Source: Candidatus Staskawiczbacteria bacterium RIFOXYD1_FULL_32_13 | GTDB lineage: Bacteria; Patescibacteriota; Minisyncoccia; Minisyncoccales; Staskawiczbacteraceae | Length of the DNA stretch: 64,000 bases | Assembly (NCBI GenBank): GCA_001820485.1 | Contig: MHPU01000039.1 | Coordinates: 30,904-94,903 of the forward strand | Direction of reading: 5' to 3' | Shown: positions 18,794 to 27,449 of the stretch, piece after piece | Layout: every line of letters begins with the position of its first letter | Position numbering within the stretch: position 1 is the first letter of the stretch | Notes under the pieces: model-generated | Told to the model about the DNA's origin: nothing | What the model saw: only the letters and a program-made list of their open reading frames with translations | Databases searched by the model: none | Translations under genes and position numbers: made by a program

Positions 18794-19804
18794 ATGAAAC
18801 CAATTAAATGTCCAAAATGTAATGCAGTGCAGGAAGAAATAAATAATGCAGAAGATATGTGCGAGTTGCTTGGGTTAGATGCAAGTGAGCGAGAAAATAA
18901 AACTTGGTGGTGTGGGAAATGCAGTTATTTTTTTAATGACGACGAAGCAGAATTTGAGATTGATGAATATGATCTTAAAAATATGAGATTAAGTCAAATT
19001 TCTGATTTAATTTATAGAAACTGGAATAATATGCCACTGAATGCTTATCGTTATGTTGAGGCAATGTTTCAGCTTGATAATATAAATGAAAGTTTTAATA
19101 ATGAAACAGGAGTTGAAATTATCTCATATTTTTTAGCAAATGCTAAAAGTTGGCAGGGAGATGTTGCAAAAGATGTTAAACAATACTTAAATAATTTAAT
19201 TAAAAATAATGGAAAAATGGAGGAACAATCAAAGGTTCAAGAAAGTCAGCAAGCGAAAAATAATCCGCCACCAATTACAAAATGTATAAAATGTTCAGCA
19301 GAGTTTTTTGCGTTTCATAAAAATTTTAGATGTCCTAATTGCAACGAATTAACAAGAGATTTTTTTGATTATATCCCTTATCTTATGGATATAATGCAAC
19401 GCAACAAACAAAAACACGGAAAGTATAAAATAAAGGACGATTATGATAATCATTCAGAATATCTTGAAAAACATATTTTTGATATTCTTGATATTCTTGA
19501 ACAGAATAAATATGATGATCCGGAAGATTTTATAAAATGGGCTTTGAAAAAAGATAATTGGAAAAATCACGATTATTTAAGAGAGCATATACAAGCTATT
19601 ACCCTTATAATAGCAAAACAATTACAATGGCAAGGAGAAGATATAGAGGTGGAAAAACTTATGAAAGCTAAAACAGGACAACCTTTGGAATTTACTGGTT
19701 ATGAGGTTGTTGATAAAAATGGAAATGGCACTGGTAGATTTTTTGCTCGCAAAGAAGATGCTGAAGAATATCAAAAAGCTCTTTGGGGAATAGATAAAAA
19801 TTAA
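18794..19804 (+). CDS. Multi-domain hypothetical protein with two Zn ribbons
   Basis: CPKC..CGKC and CIKC..CPNC pairs. Confidence 0.65.
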   Translation: MKPIKCPKCNAVQEEINNAEDMCELLGLDASERENKTWWCGKCSYFFNDDEAEFEIDEYDLKNMRLSQISDLIYRNWNNMPLNAYRYVEAMFQLDNINESFNNETGVEIISYFLANAKSWQGDVAKDVKQYLNNLIKNNGKMEEQSKVQESQQAKNNPPPITKCIKCSAEFFAFHKNFRCPNCNELTRDFFDYIPYLMDIMQRNKQKHGKYKIKDDYDNHSEYLEKHIFDILDILEQNKYDDPEDFIKWALKKDNWKNHDYLREHIQAITLIIAKQLQWQGEDIEVEKLMKAKTGQPLEFTGYEVVDKNGNGTGRFFARKEDAEEYQKALWGIDKN

Positions 19805-19815
19805 AATATAAAAAT

Positions 19816-20037
19816 ATGCTTTCAGAAAAAGCGTTAGAAGATTTTAAGAAAATATTGCAGGAGGAATATAAGGAAGAAATTTCAAATGAGAGAGCAGTAG
19901 AACTTGCTATAAATTTACTTACATTTTTTGATAATGTTTATCGTCCGGTCAGAAAAGAGTGGCTTGATGAAGCAATTAAAAAAGAGAATGAAAATAAAAA
20001 TATAAAATATCCAATAAGGGAAGAGAAAATTTATTGA
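19816..20037 (+). CDS. Small helical protein, paralog of 5015
   Basis: MLSEKALEDFKKILQEEYKEEISNERAVELAINLL. Confidence 0.7.
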   Translation: MLSEKALEDFKKILQEEYKEEISNERAVELAINLLTFFDNVYRPVRKEWLDEAIKKENENKNIKYPIREEKIY

Positions 20038-20058
20038 TAATATAAATGAAAATAAAAA

Positions 20059-20232
20059 ATGATTAAAAAAGAAACTATAAAAAAATTTCAAGAGGCTGTA
20101 AAAAAAGATTGCGGTAAAGAGTTAAATTTTGACGAAGCAGGGAAAATATTAATTGGTATCGTAAATTACCTTAGTGTGCTTGAAAAAATTTATTGCAGAA
20201 TGAAACCCAGCAGTAAGATAAAAAAGTCATAA
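20059..20232 (+). CDS. Small helical protein, paralog of 5015/19816; not in ORF track
   Basis: MIKKETIKKFQEAVKKDCGKELNFDEAGKILIGIVNYL...; hairpin terminator at 20261-20280. Confidence 0.6.
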   Translation: MIKKETIKKFQEAVKKDCGKELNFDEAGKILIGIVNYLSVLEKIYCRMKPSSKIKKS

Positions 20233-20317
20233 ATTAAATAATAGTAAGGTTTTATTATATTGCCCGAAGGGGCATTTTTTGTTAAAATAAATAATTAAGA
20301 AGTTATAAGATAATAAT

Positions 20318-21025
20318 ATGATTGATTTAGAGGAGTTATCAAAAGAAGATTGCGAGGATATAAAGACAATTTTAGAAACCGTTCTGAAGCAGTGTGATTT
20401 TTTGGGTGTAAAAGAAAATAGAGTATCAATTCCAATATCTGATTTTAACAATATTCCGGCTCAACGTGTGATAAATTTATGCGAAAAAATTTTTAGAGAA
20501 GAAGACGGCATAATAAGATGTAATTTCCCTGTTCCTCCAATGCGTCGTGAATATGAGGGGATATCAATAAAACCGAGAGATCCAAATTCGGTTGAGAGGG
20601 ATTTTAGGAATGAAAGCATTGAATATGAGCAAAAAAGAGATAATTTAGAGTTTTTTATAAACAGCGTTAATAAGATAAAAAAATTGTTTGAGAAAATTAA
20701 CGAAAGATCACAATATTTGATTTGTGGAAAAATAAAATTAAATATAAATACTGGTGATTGTTGTTATGCGAGAACGAATACATTTTTTAAGCCCGAGAGT
20801 GACGAATATAAATTATTAAAGGCACTTATGGAAAAACCGGAAATAATAATTAGCTATTCAGATATAAATAGTAATGTTTTGGGTCTGGATGAGGATAAAG
20901 GAAAAAATGACAGAGAAATTGGTTTTATTATGAGAAACATCAAAAAGAAATTAGAGATAATAGGAAAAATTCATAAAAATGAAAACATATTTGTTTGTAG
21001 GTTTGGCTATATGATAAGAATTTAA
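20318..21025 (+). CDS. Protein with C-terminal OmpR/PhoB-like winged HTH
   Basis: EYKLLKALMEKPEIIISYSDI...IMRNIKKKL...GYMI. Confidence 0.6.
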   Translation: MIDLEELSKEDCEDIKTILETVLKQCDFLGVKENRVSIPISDFNNIPAQRVINLCEKIFREEDGIIRCNFPVPPMRREYEGISIKPRDPNSVERDFRNESIEYEQKRDNLEFFINSVNKIKKLFEKINERSQYLICGKIKLNINTGDCCYARTNTFFKPESDEYKLLKALMEKPEIIISYSDINSNVLGLDEDKGKNDREIGFIMRNIKKKLEIIGKIHKNENIFVCRFGYMIRI

Positions 21026-21192
21026 TATAACAATAATCGTAGCGAACGCCACCTTTTGAAGGTGGTTTTTTATTTTTGTCACATATTTTCCGTATTGTTC
21101 TATCGGCATTTTACATTTTTTTCGCAAAAATATCACATATTTTCCGTTTTTAATAATCGTCAGTTTATTATAATAAATTAAAAAATATATAT

Positions 21193-21423
21193 ATGAAATA
21201 CACAGGACAATTTCCAAAATATGAGTTTAGTGAAATTCGAAGGTTAAATCCTTATTGGTCTTCGCTTGTTTGTTTTCACAAAACCATTAAGGGAAGAAAC
21301 TCATTACACCCAAGATTGATTAGAAAATGGTTCGGAAAACTTATAGATCAAGATGATTATGTAATGGAAGATAGAAACGAAGTTATCAATTATGCAATAA
21401 TGTTGGCGAGTGGTAATGCATAG
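21193..21423 (+). CDS. Hypothetical protein
   Basis: 76 aa ORF after AT-rich promoter-like region. Confidence 0.55.
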   Translation: MKYTGQFPKYEFSEIRRLNPYWSSLVCFHKTIKGRNSLHPRLIRKWFGKLIDQDDYVMEDRNEVINYAIMLASGNA

Positions 21424-21832
21424 AAGGGTAAATTCCCCTTATAGATTTAAGCAAATATCATTTATAGCAAGGGGAAAAGAGATAGGTGTGCCAAAAGTAT
21501 GTCATAAATCGTCTTGACAAGAAAATACGAAAAGTTGTTCTCAAATTATAATTATTAGAAATTTGTTTTAGCGGTTTGTTTTTATAAGAAAATAAACCAG
21601 TGAAACAAAATTTCACAAGTTGGGGAAGGGCAGATCCATACTGCTGACCGAATAACGACTATAAATAAGTTCGGTAGAGATTATGGACGACCGACCGAAG
21701 CGACCGATATACCGAATATAAAGATTTTTCGCAAAAAAAATTTTTGCAGGAAATATCTTACTTATATACTAATATTCGGGTTGAGGGAGCGAGGGAGGGA
21801 GGGGAAAAAGCAAAACACTAAAGCAAGTAATT

Positions 21833-21994
21833 ATGTCAACAAATTTACAAAAATTTAAAAGAGAAACAAAACAGATAAGAATATCTGCTGATTTGCATAA
21901 AGAAGTGAAGTTAAGATCTATTGAATGCGGAATGACGATTTCAAAATTTGTAGATAAAATAATAAAAAAATATTTTAAGCTAAATAAAAATTAA
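21833..21994 (+). CDS. Ribbon-helix-helix DNA-binding protein; not in ORF track
   Basis: TKQIRISADLHKEVKLRSIECGMTISKFVDKII, beta-alpha-alpha pattern. Confidence 0.65.
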   Translation: MSTNLQKFKRETKQIRISADLHKEVKLRSIECGMTISKFVDKIIKKYFKLNKN

Positions 21995-22047
21995 AAACTA
22001 AATATAGGTTTTCTTAAATAATTATCGCTTTTTCAAAATCAATAATT

Positions 22048-22356
22048 ATGAATAAATCCTATGAATTTATGGAAAATAGAGAAAATAAATTAACTAATTG
22101 CAGAGATAAAATAATAATTGATGCAATTCGCGTGGAAGAAATTCAGTGTAGGGCATTAGATAATTTTGGGAGAGAGTTAACTGATATTGAGTTAAACAGG
22201 CTTTTGGTATGCGGTTGTGATGAAGAGGAGTTGTGGGGGGCAAGATTTGATTTAGTGATAAGAGCAATTTGCGAAGCAATAAACAATACAAATAATTGTT
22301 GGAAGAAAGTTGATGAAGATTATATTAAGTCTTTGGGAGAGAAAAATGGGCAATGA
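22048..22356 (+). CDS. Hypothetical protein
   Basis: ORF co-oriented in element. Confidence 0.55.
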   Translation: MNKSYEFMENRENKLTNCRDKIIIDAIRVEEIQCRALDNFGRELTDIELNRLLVCGCDEEELWGARFDLVIRAICEAINNTNNCWKKVDEDYIKSLGEKNGQ

Positions 22357-22392
22357 TTAACTTACCCCTACAAGCTTAACTTATTAGAACTT

Positions 22393-22674
22393 ATGTCTAT
22401 TAACAAATTAAGAATTAAAAAGATAGAAAAGATTTTTAAGAATTTAGAACCCAAATATGTCTATTTTGCTGTTAGTGATGGAGTTAATCCACTTGATATT
22501 ATTGAAACTAAAAATAGGAAAACAGAGAGAATAATTAAAGGATCAAGTAAGGAGGGTCAGGAATTAGTTAAAAATTCTTTAGTGGAATATCCGGAAGTTC
22601 CGATACTTATTGTAAAAAGATGGCGAAAAACAATAGAAAATTCTAAACCGAAAATAGATTATGATAAACATTAA
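22393..22674 (+). CDS. Hypothetical protein, paralog of 22661
   Basis: RIKKIEKIFKNLEPKY...SKEGQELVKNSLVEYP...NSKPK. Confidence 0.65.
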   Translation: MSINKLRIKKIEKIFKNLEPKYVYFAVSDGVNPLDIIETKNRKTERIIKGSSKEGQELVKNSLVEYPEVPILIVKRWRKTIENSKPKIDYDKH

Positions 22675-22936
22675 AAACAGAATTAAAAAAATGGAAAGCA
22701 TCTTGGAGGATCTTAGACCAAGATATGAATTTTCATCTGTTCAGAGTGAGGACGAGCCGTGGACTATAAAAGAAGTTATCAATGGAGAATATGGAAGAAC
22801 AATTAGTTCTGATAGTGAAGAAGGTAAGAAGCTTATAAAAGAAAATTTAGTTAAATATCCAAAAAATAATCCCATAATAATTTTAGATGATAGTAAATGG
22901 GAAAATCTAAAAAATAGCAAACCCAAACAAATATGA
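22661..22936 (+). CDS. Hypothetical protein, paralog of 22393
   Basis: RIKKMESILEDLRPRY...SEEGKKLIKENLVKYP...NSKPK. Confidence 0.65.
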   Translation: MINIKNRIKKMESILEDLRPRYEFSSVQSEDEPWTIKEVINGEYGRTISSDSEEGKKLIKENLVKYPKNNPIIILDDSKWENLKNSKPKQI

Positions 22937-23313
22937 GAAAGAACAAAAACTCAAAACAATGTAGTTTTATAAAACCGAATGGTAAGCTCTGCGGTGCTTG
23001 GGCTATGGAGAATAGTGAGTTTTGCTTTACACATAATCCGGAAACAAAAGATTTAAGAAAAGAGGCAGTTATTAAGGGCGGAAAGGGAAATAAAAAAGAA
23101 ACTCATAGTTTAGATTTGATTAGGGTTGAGAACTCAAAAGATGTTGTTGATTTAATTGTTAAAACAGTAAATGAATTGAGAACCGGACTGATTGATGTAA
23201 GAGTTGCGAATTGCACTTTTTATGGGAGTGGTCAGCTGATTAAAGCTTTAGAAACTTCTGATTTGGAAAAAAGGCTTGAAGAGATTGAGAAAATACTTGA
23301 AGAAAAAAAATAA
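22933..23313 (+). CDS. CCCH Zn-knuckle protein with C-terminal coiled coil (phage/MGE type)
   Basis: C-x9-C-x10-C-x2-H then KGGKG; ends LEKRLEEIEK. Confidence 0.6.
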   Translation: MRKNKNSKQCSFIKPNGKLCGAWAMENSEFCFTHNPETKDLRKEAVIKGGKGNKKETHSLDLIRVENSKDVVDLIVKTVNELRTGLIDVRVANCTFYGSGQLIKALETSDLEKRLEEIEKILEEKK

Positions 23314-23326
23314 CAAAAATTGTTAA

Positions 23327-23524
23327 TTGAAAATGAATATAGAAGAAATCAAAGAAATTATGCAATCCCCAAAACCTATAACGAAAGGAATGAAAATAAT
23401 TATTCAGTTGACTGATAAGTATGTTGATTTCGCTGATTTTATAAACGAAGTTATTGATTTTGAAGGTTCAAAAGTAAACCCAGAAATATATAAAAAATTA
23501 ACAGGTAAACAAAAGCCCCCATAA
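23327..23524 (+). CDS. Small hypothetical protein
   Basis: 65 aa ORF co-oriented in element. Confidence 0.45.
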   Translation: MKMNIEEIKEIMQSPKPITKGMKIIIQLTDKYVDFADFINEVIDFEGSKVNPEIYKKLTGKQKPP

Positions 23525-23597
23525 AAAATAATAGATTTGTAAAGGAGAAATCAGAAACAAATAAACGACCGCTTTGTTTACAAAGTAAAAGCAAAAC

Positions 23598-23627
23598 TTG
23601 ACACGCACATTTATAATTTGTTATGAT
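23598..23627 (+). promoter_or_regulatory. Sigma70-type promoter for recombinase operon
   Basis: TTGACA (23598) ... TG-T-TATGAT extended -10. Confidence 0.6.
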
Positions 23628-23760
23628 TAAGTTGTTAAGGTTAATCGGGTTTAGCGTGGGGAATTTTATTTATTAAAAATAGAATATCAACAGGGGCTGA
23701 AAGCCGGTTAACCTTAACAATTAACCCTTCGCTTTTCAGCCCCTTTTGGTTTGTAAAAAT

Positions 23761-24309
23761 ATGCAAAACAATAAATGTGTTCTTTATACGAGAGTGTCAA
23801 AAAATGACGAAAGTCAAAATCCCGAAAATCAAAAAGAGCCGTTAAAGAATTTCGCTGGATTATTGGGATTAGAAATTGTTGGGGAATATGTTGATATGGC
23901 TTCGGGTGGAAATTCAAATAGACCAAAGTTTCAAGAAATGTTAAAAGACGCAAGGGAAAGAAAATTTGGCACAATTTTAGTTTGGAGTTTGGACAGATTT
24001 TCAAGAGAGGGGATTAGTAATACTTTGCATTATTTAGAAGAGTTAAAAAGATCCGGAGTGGCTTTGAAGAGTTTGCAGGAGAGTTGGCTTGATACTTCAG
24101 ATAATGGAATGGGGCAACTTTTAATAGCCATATTCAGTTGGGTAGCAAAACAGGAAAGAGAAAGAATATCAGAAAGAACCAAAGCAGGGCTTGTGCGAGC
24201 AAAGGCAAATGGCAAATTATTAGGTCGTAGATTTGGATCAAAAGATAAGGGTCGTAGAAAAAAGTCGGGCTACCTTTTAAGGTGGCAAAATAAAAAAGTT
24301 TTAATTTAA
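23761..24309 (+). CDS. Small serine recombinase (resolvase/invertase family)
   Basis: YTRVS, SG...RP.F, LDRFSR, ERERISERTKAGL..A...GKLLGR. Confidence 0.93.
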   Translation: MQNNKCVLYTRVSKNDESQNPENQKEPLKNFAGLLGLEIVGEYVDMASGGNSNRPKFQEMLKDARERKFGTILVWSLDRFSREGISNTLHYLEELKRSGVALKSLQESWLDTSDNGMGQLLIAIFSWVAKQERERISERTKAGLVRAKANGKLLGRRFGSKDKGRRKKSGYLLRWQNKKVLI

Positions 24310-24311
24310 TT

Positions 24312-25934
24312 ATGGAAACAATTAGTGGAATTTATTTAAGGGTCAGCACAGAAGATCAACACCCGGAAAATCAAATAGCAGATTTAAAAAAACTTGCAGA
24401 CGCTTTGCATTGCAAAGTATTTGAAACTTATGTAGATAGGGAGTCCGGTCAATATTCGGACAGAAAAGAATTTCAAAGAATGATAAACGATGCAGAAGCG
24501 GGGAAATTCAAAATACTTTTTATATGGGCATTAGATAGATTTTCAAGAGAAGGAATAAAGGCAACATTAACTCATATTGAGAGGTTAAAGGATGTTGGTG
24601 TTGCTATTAAATCATATCAGGAGTCTTGGCTTGATACCTCAAACGAAGGGATTTGGCAACTCTTGGTGGCTGTTATGTCTTGGGCGGCGAAAGAAGAACT
24701 TAAAAGATTTAAAGAACGATCAATGGCTGGAAAGAGAACAATGTTGAACGCAGGTAGGCTTATCGGTTGCACTCCGCCATATGGTAGGAAATATATCAAA
24801 AGAGATAGAGAAAAAGGAGTTGACGGTCGTTTTGAACGAAATGAAGCAGAAATTGAAATTATCAACAAAATTTATAAATGGTATTTAGAATTAGAAAGCA
24901 TTTTTTTGGTAGCCAAAAGATTATACGATATGGGAATTAAAGCAAGGAATGGAAAGTTTTTTCACGCTTCAACGGTTAGGAAAATTTTAACAAGCGAAAG
25001 TAATATAGGTAATTTTTATTATGGGAAAAGTCGTGCTTGCGAAGCAAAATATCATATTCATAAGGTTAGGAAATATAAATTATCCGGAAGGAAAAAGAAC
25101 CCAAAATCGGAATATAAATTGATAAAAATTGAGCCAATTATTGACGAGGCTATATTTCGGGAAGTGCAAAATGTAATTAAAAAAAGAGGAAGAAAAGATA
25201 TGAGAATAAGACAATCTAAATATGAATTTTTATGTCAGGGTTTGGTAAGGTGTATTTATTGTGGGAGAATTTATGGAACTAAAATTCAAAATAAGCACTA
25301 TCAACTTTATGCTTGTCCTCAAAGGCGATTTTCTAATTTTAATGATCCGTTTTGTAAGGCAAGGTCAATATCAAGTAGGAAATTAGATGGCGAGGTTTGG
25401 AATTATGTGAAAGGTTTGATTGAAAATGAGAAACTAATAAAGGAAAAGATAAAATTTTCAAAAGACCGTCGAGAAAAAGATAAGGTAAGCAATCAAAAGA
25501 GGTGCGATATATTGATAAACGAAAAGAGTTTAATTAAAAATAAAAAAAATAAGTTATTTGAATTATATTCTGAAACACAAATATCAGAAGCGACAAAACA
25601 AGATATTAAAAATAAATTGAAAGATTTTGAGGATAGGGAAGCGAGTTTAGATAATCAAATATTGGAAAATAAAAAGAAAATGACAGATTTCTATAATATG
25701 GAAGTTTTAGAAACAGAAATTGAGAGAATATGCAATATATATCGTGGTAAACTTAATAATCCGGATTTTGAACTAAAGAGATATATTACAAGAAGGTGGG
25801 TTGAAGAAATAAATATTTTAAAGGATGGATCTGTTGTTATAAAAATGAAAGTCCCGTTTGAATTGCCTGATAACATTATAAAAGGCGAGCAGAACATTCA
25901 CTGCATAAGGAGAGCAAGAAAGGATAATTTATAA
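24312..25934 (+). CDS. Large serine recombinase (integrase)
   Basis: YLRVST, LDRFSR, recombinase domain (PPYG, EPIIDE..F), Zn ribbon (CIYCG..CP..C), coiled coil. Confidence 0.93.
   Translation: METISGIYLRVSTEDQHPENQIADLKKLADALHCKVFETYVDRESGQYSDRKEFQRMINDAEAGKFKILFIWALDRFSREGIKATLTHIERLKDVGVAIKSYQESWLDTSNEGIWQLLVAVMSWAAKEELKRFKERSMAGKRTMLNAGRLIGCTPPYGRKYIKRDREKGVDGRFERNEAEIEIINKIYKWYLELESIFLVAKRLYDMGIKARNGKFFHASTVRKILTSESNIGNFYYGKSRACEAKYHIHKVRKYKLSGRKKNPKSEYKLIKIEPIIDEAIFREVQNVIKKRGRKDMRIRQSKYEFLCQGLVRCIYCGRIYGTKIQNKHYQLYACPQRRFSNFNDPFCKARSISSRKLDGEVWNYVKGLIENEKLIKEKIKFSKDRREKDKVSNQKRCDILINEKSLIKNKKNKLFELYSETQISEATKQDIKNKLKDFEDREASLDNQILENKKKMTDFYNMEVLETEIERICNIYRGKLNNPDFELKRYITRRWVEEINILKDGSVVIKMKVPFELPDNIIKGEQNIHCIRRARKDNL
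25895..25927 (+). pseudogene. Displaced 3' end of rpmG (attR side)
   Basis: cat tca ctg cat aag gag agc aag aaa gga taa = HSLHKESKKG*, in register with HTKHKETRK* of rpmG. Confidence 0.7.
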
Positions 25935-25949
25935 TAATTATTGTGTGGT

Positions 25950-25986
25950 AAAACACTTCTATACATCTATGCGTAGAAGTGTTTTT
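25950..25986 (+). terminator. Terminator, probably the original rpmG terminator
   Basis: AAAACACTTCTA...TAGAAGTGTTTTT. Confidence 0.75.
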
Positions 25987-26039
25987 GTTTTTAAGATTGA
26001 AAAATTAAAAATTTTGTGTTATATTTTAATTAAGAAACG

Positions 26040-26110
26040 GGGGACTTAGTTTAGTGGTAAAATGACTGTCTCCAAAACAGTAGATAGGGGTTCGATTCCC
26101 TTAGTCCCCG
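26040..26110 (+). tRNA. tRNA-Trp(CCA)
   Basis: GGGGACT/AGTCCCC acceptor, ACTGT-CTCCAAA-ACAGT, GTTCGA T-loop. Confidence 0.93.
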
Positions 26111-26123
26111 CTAATTTTATAAA

Positions 26124-26444
26124 ATGTTAAGTAAAAATGAAAAGAGTCCCAATTTACCGATTAATGATTTGATTCTGTATTGCATACATTCAATAGTTTC
26201 AAATAATGAAGAGTGTAGTTTTGATAGATTGCTAAAAGAATGTTTTACATTATTTCCAGAATCAATAGAATTTCAAAGATATCCAATTTGGCCAGATTCA
26301 AGAAAATTAGATAGGCCATTAAGATTTTTAAGAAATCAGCGCTTAATAATTGGAGAGCCAAAAACCTTTTTTATACTAACTTTAGAGGGAAAGAAAAAGG
26401 CAATTGAATTAAGTAGATTATTAAAACAAGGAAAACTATTATAA
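26124..26444 (+). CDS. Hypothetical protein, possible winged-helix
   Basis: F..LLKECFTLFP..WPDSRKLDRPLR..LT.EG. Confidence 0.6.
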   Translation: MLSKNEKSPNLPINDLILYCIHSIVSNNEECSFDRLLKECFTLFPESIEFQRYPIWPDSRKLDRPLRFLRNQRLIIGEPKTFFILTLEGKKKAIELSRLLKQGKLL

Positions 26445-27445
26445 TGAATAAAATTTCTAAAATATTTTATGGATTATTGTTTGTAATATTTTTTGCAGTG
26501 ATTTTGTTTTGGTATGAAATTTATATTCCAAATGATTTATTTACAGGAAAAATAATAAATTATAAAGCGGAAAGGGGCCTTGGGGATGATGAGATTGCTG
26601 TTGAATTGCAAAAGCAAGATATTATAAAAAGTAATTTATTTTTTAGATTTTATGTTATCTTCTCAGGGAATCATGGTAAAATTCAAGCAGGAAATTATGT
26701 TTTAGGTTCTAATATGTCTGTAGCCCAAATTGTAGAGAAATTTGTTTTAGGAGATGTTATTAAAGATGAAATTACAATTATTGAGGGGTGGAATTTAAAT
26801 GACATCCAAAATTATTTATTCGAGAAGAAAGTTTGCAATAAAGAAGATTTCCTAGAAATTGTTGCGAGAGATTTTAGTAATGAATTTATATTTTTAGAGG
26901 ATAAGCCAAAAAATGTAGATTTAGAAGGATATATTTTCCCAGATACTTATGAAATATTAACTGGCGAAAGTTGTGAACAAATTATTAAAAAAACTTTAGT
27001 AAATTTTGGAAAAAAATTAGATTATAAATTACAAGAAGAAATAATAAAACAAAAAAGAAATATTTTTGATGTAGTTGTTTTAGCTTCTATAATAGAAAAA
27101 GAAGTAATAACTATTGAAGATAAAAAAATAGTAGCTGGGATTTTAAATAATAGACTTGAGAGTGGTATGCCCTTGCAGGTTGATTCTACAATAAATTATA
27201 TTACAGGTAAAAATCATCCAGGGGCCTTAATTATAGATACAAAAATAGATTCGCCATATAATACTTACAAATATGCAGGTTTGCCTTTGGGCCCTATTTC
27301 AAACCCTGGCCTTGATTCAATAAAAGCTGTTATTTATCCTACAGAAAGTAATTATTTTTATTATTTGTCTACAAAAGATGGCAAAACAATTTTTAGCAAA
27401 ACATTAGATGAACATAACATTGCTCGCGCAAAGTATTTAAGATAA
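26444..27445 (+). CDS. mltG: Endolytic transglycosylase MltG
   Basis: ITIIEG, LEGYIFPDTY, LASIIEKE, LQVDST, SPYNTY..GLP.GPI.NPG. Confidence 0.96.
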   Translation: MNKISKIFYGLLFVIFFAVILFWYEIYIPNDLFTGKIINYKAERGLGDDEIAVELQKQDIIKSNLFFRFYVIFSGNHGKIQAGNYVLGSNMSVAQIVEKFVLGDVIKDEITIIEGWNLNDIQNYLFEKKVCNKEDFLEIVARDFSNEFIFLEDKPKNVDLEGYIFPDTYEILTGESCEQIIKKTLVNFGKKLDYKLQEEIIKQKRNIFDVVVLASIIEKEVITIEDKKIVAGILNNRLESGMPLQVDSTINYITGKNHPGALIIDTKIDSPYNTYKYAGLPLGPISNPGLDSIKAVIYPTESNYFYYLSTKDGKTIFSKTLDEHNIARAKYLR

Positions 27446-27449
27446 AAAA

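Larger units (their letters stand above)
4843..25908. mobile_element. ~21 kb integrative element, serine-recombinase type, inserted in rpmG 3' end
   Basis: Interrupts rpmG / tRNA-Trp adjacency; two serine recombinases at right end; alternative L33 C-terminus at 25895-25927; all cargo co-oriented and non-core. Confidence 0.8.

Noticed and set aside
26040-26110. tRNA-Trp (or tRNA-Thr) as the island attachment site
   Set aside because: No duplicated tRNA 3' fragment seen at the other end; the rpmG tail duplication explains both junctions.
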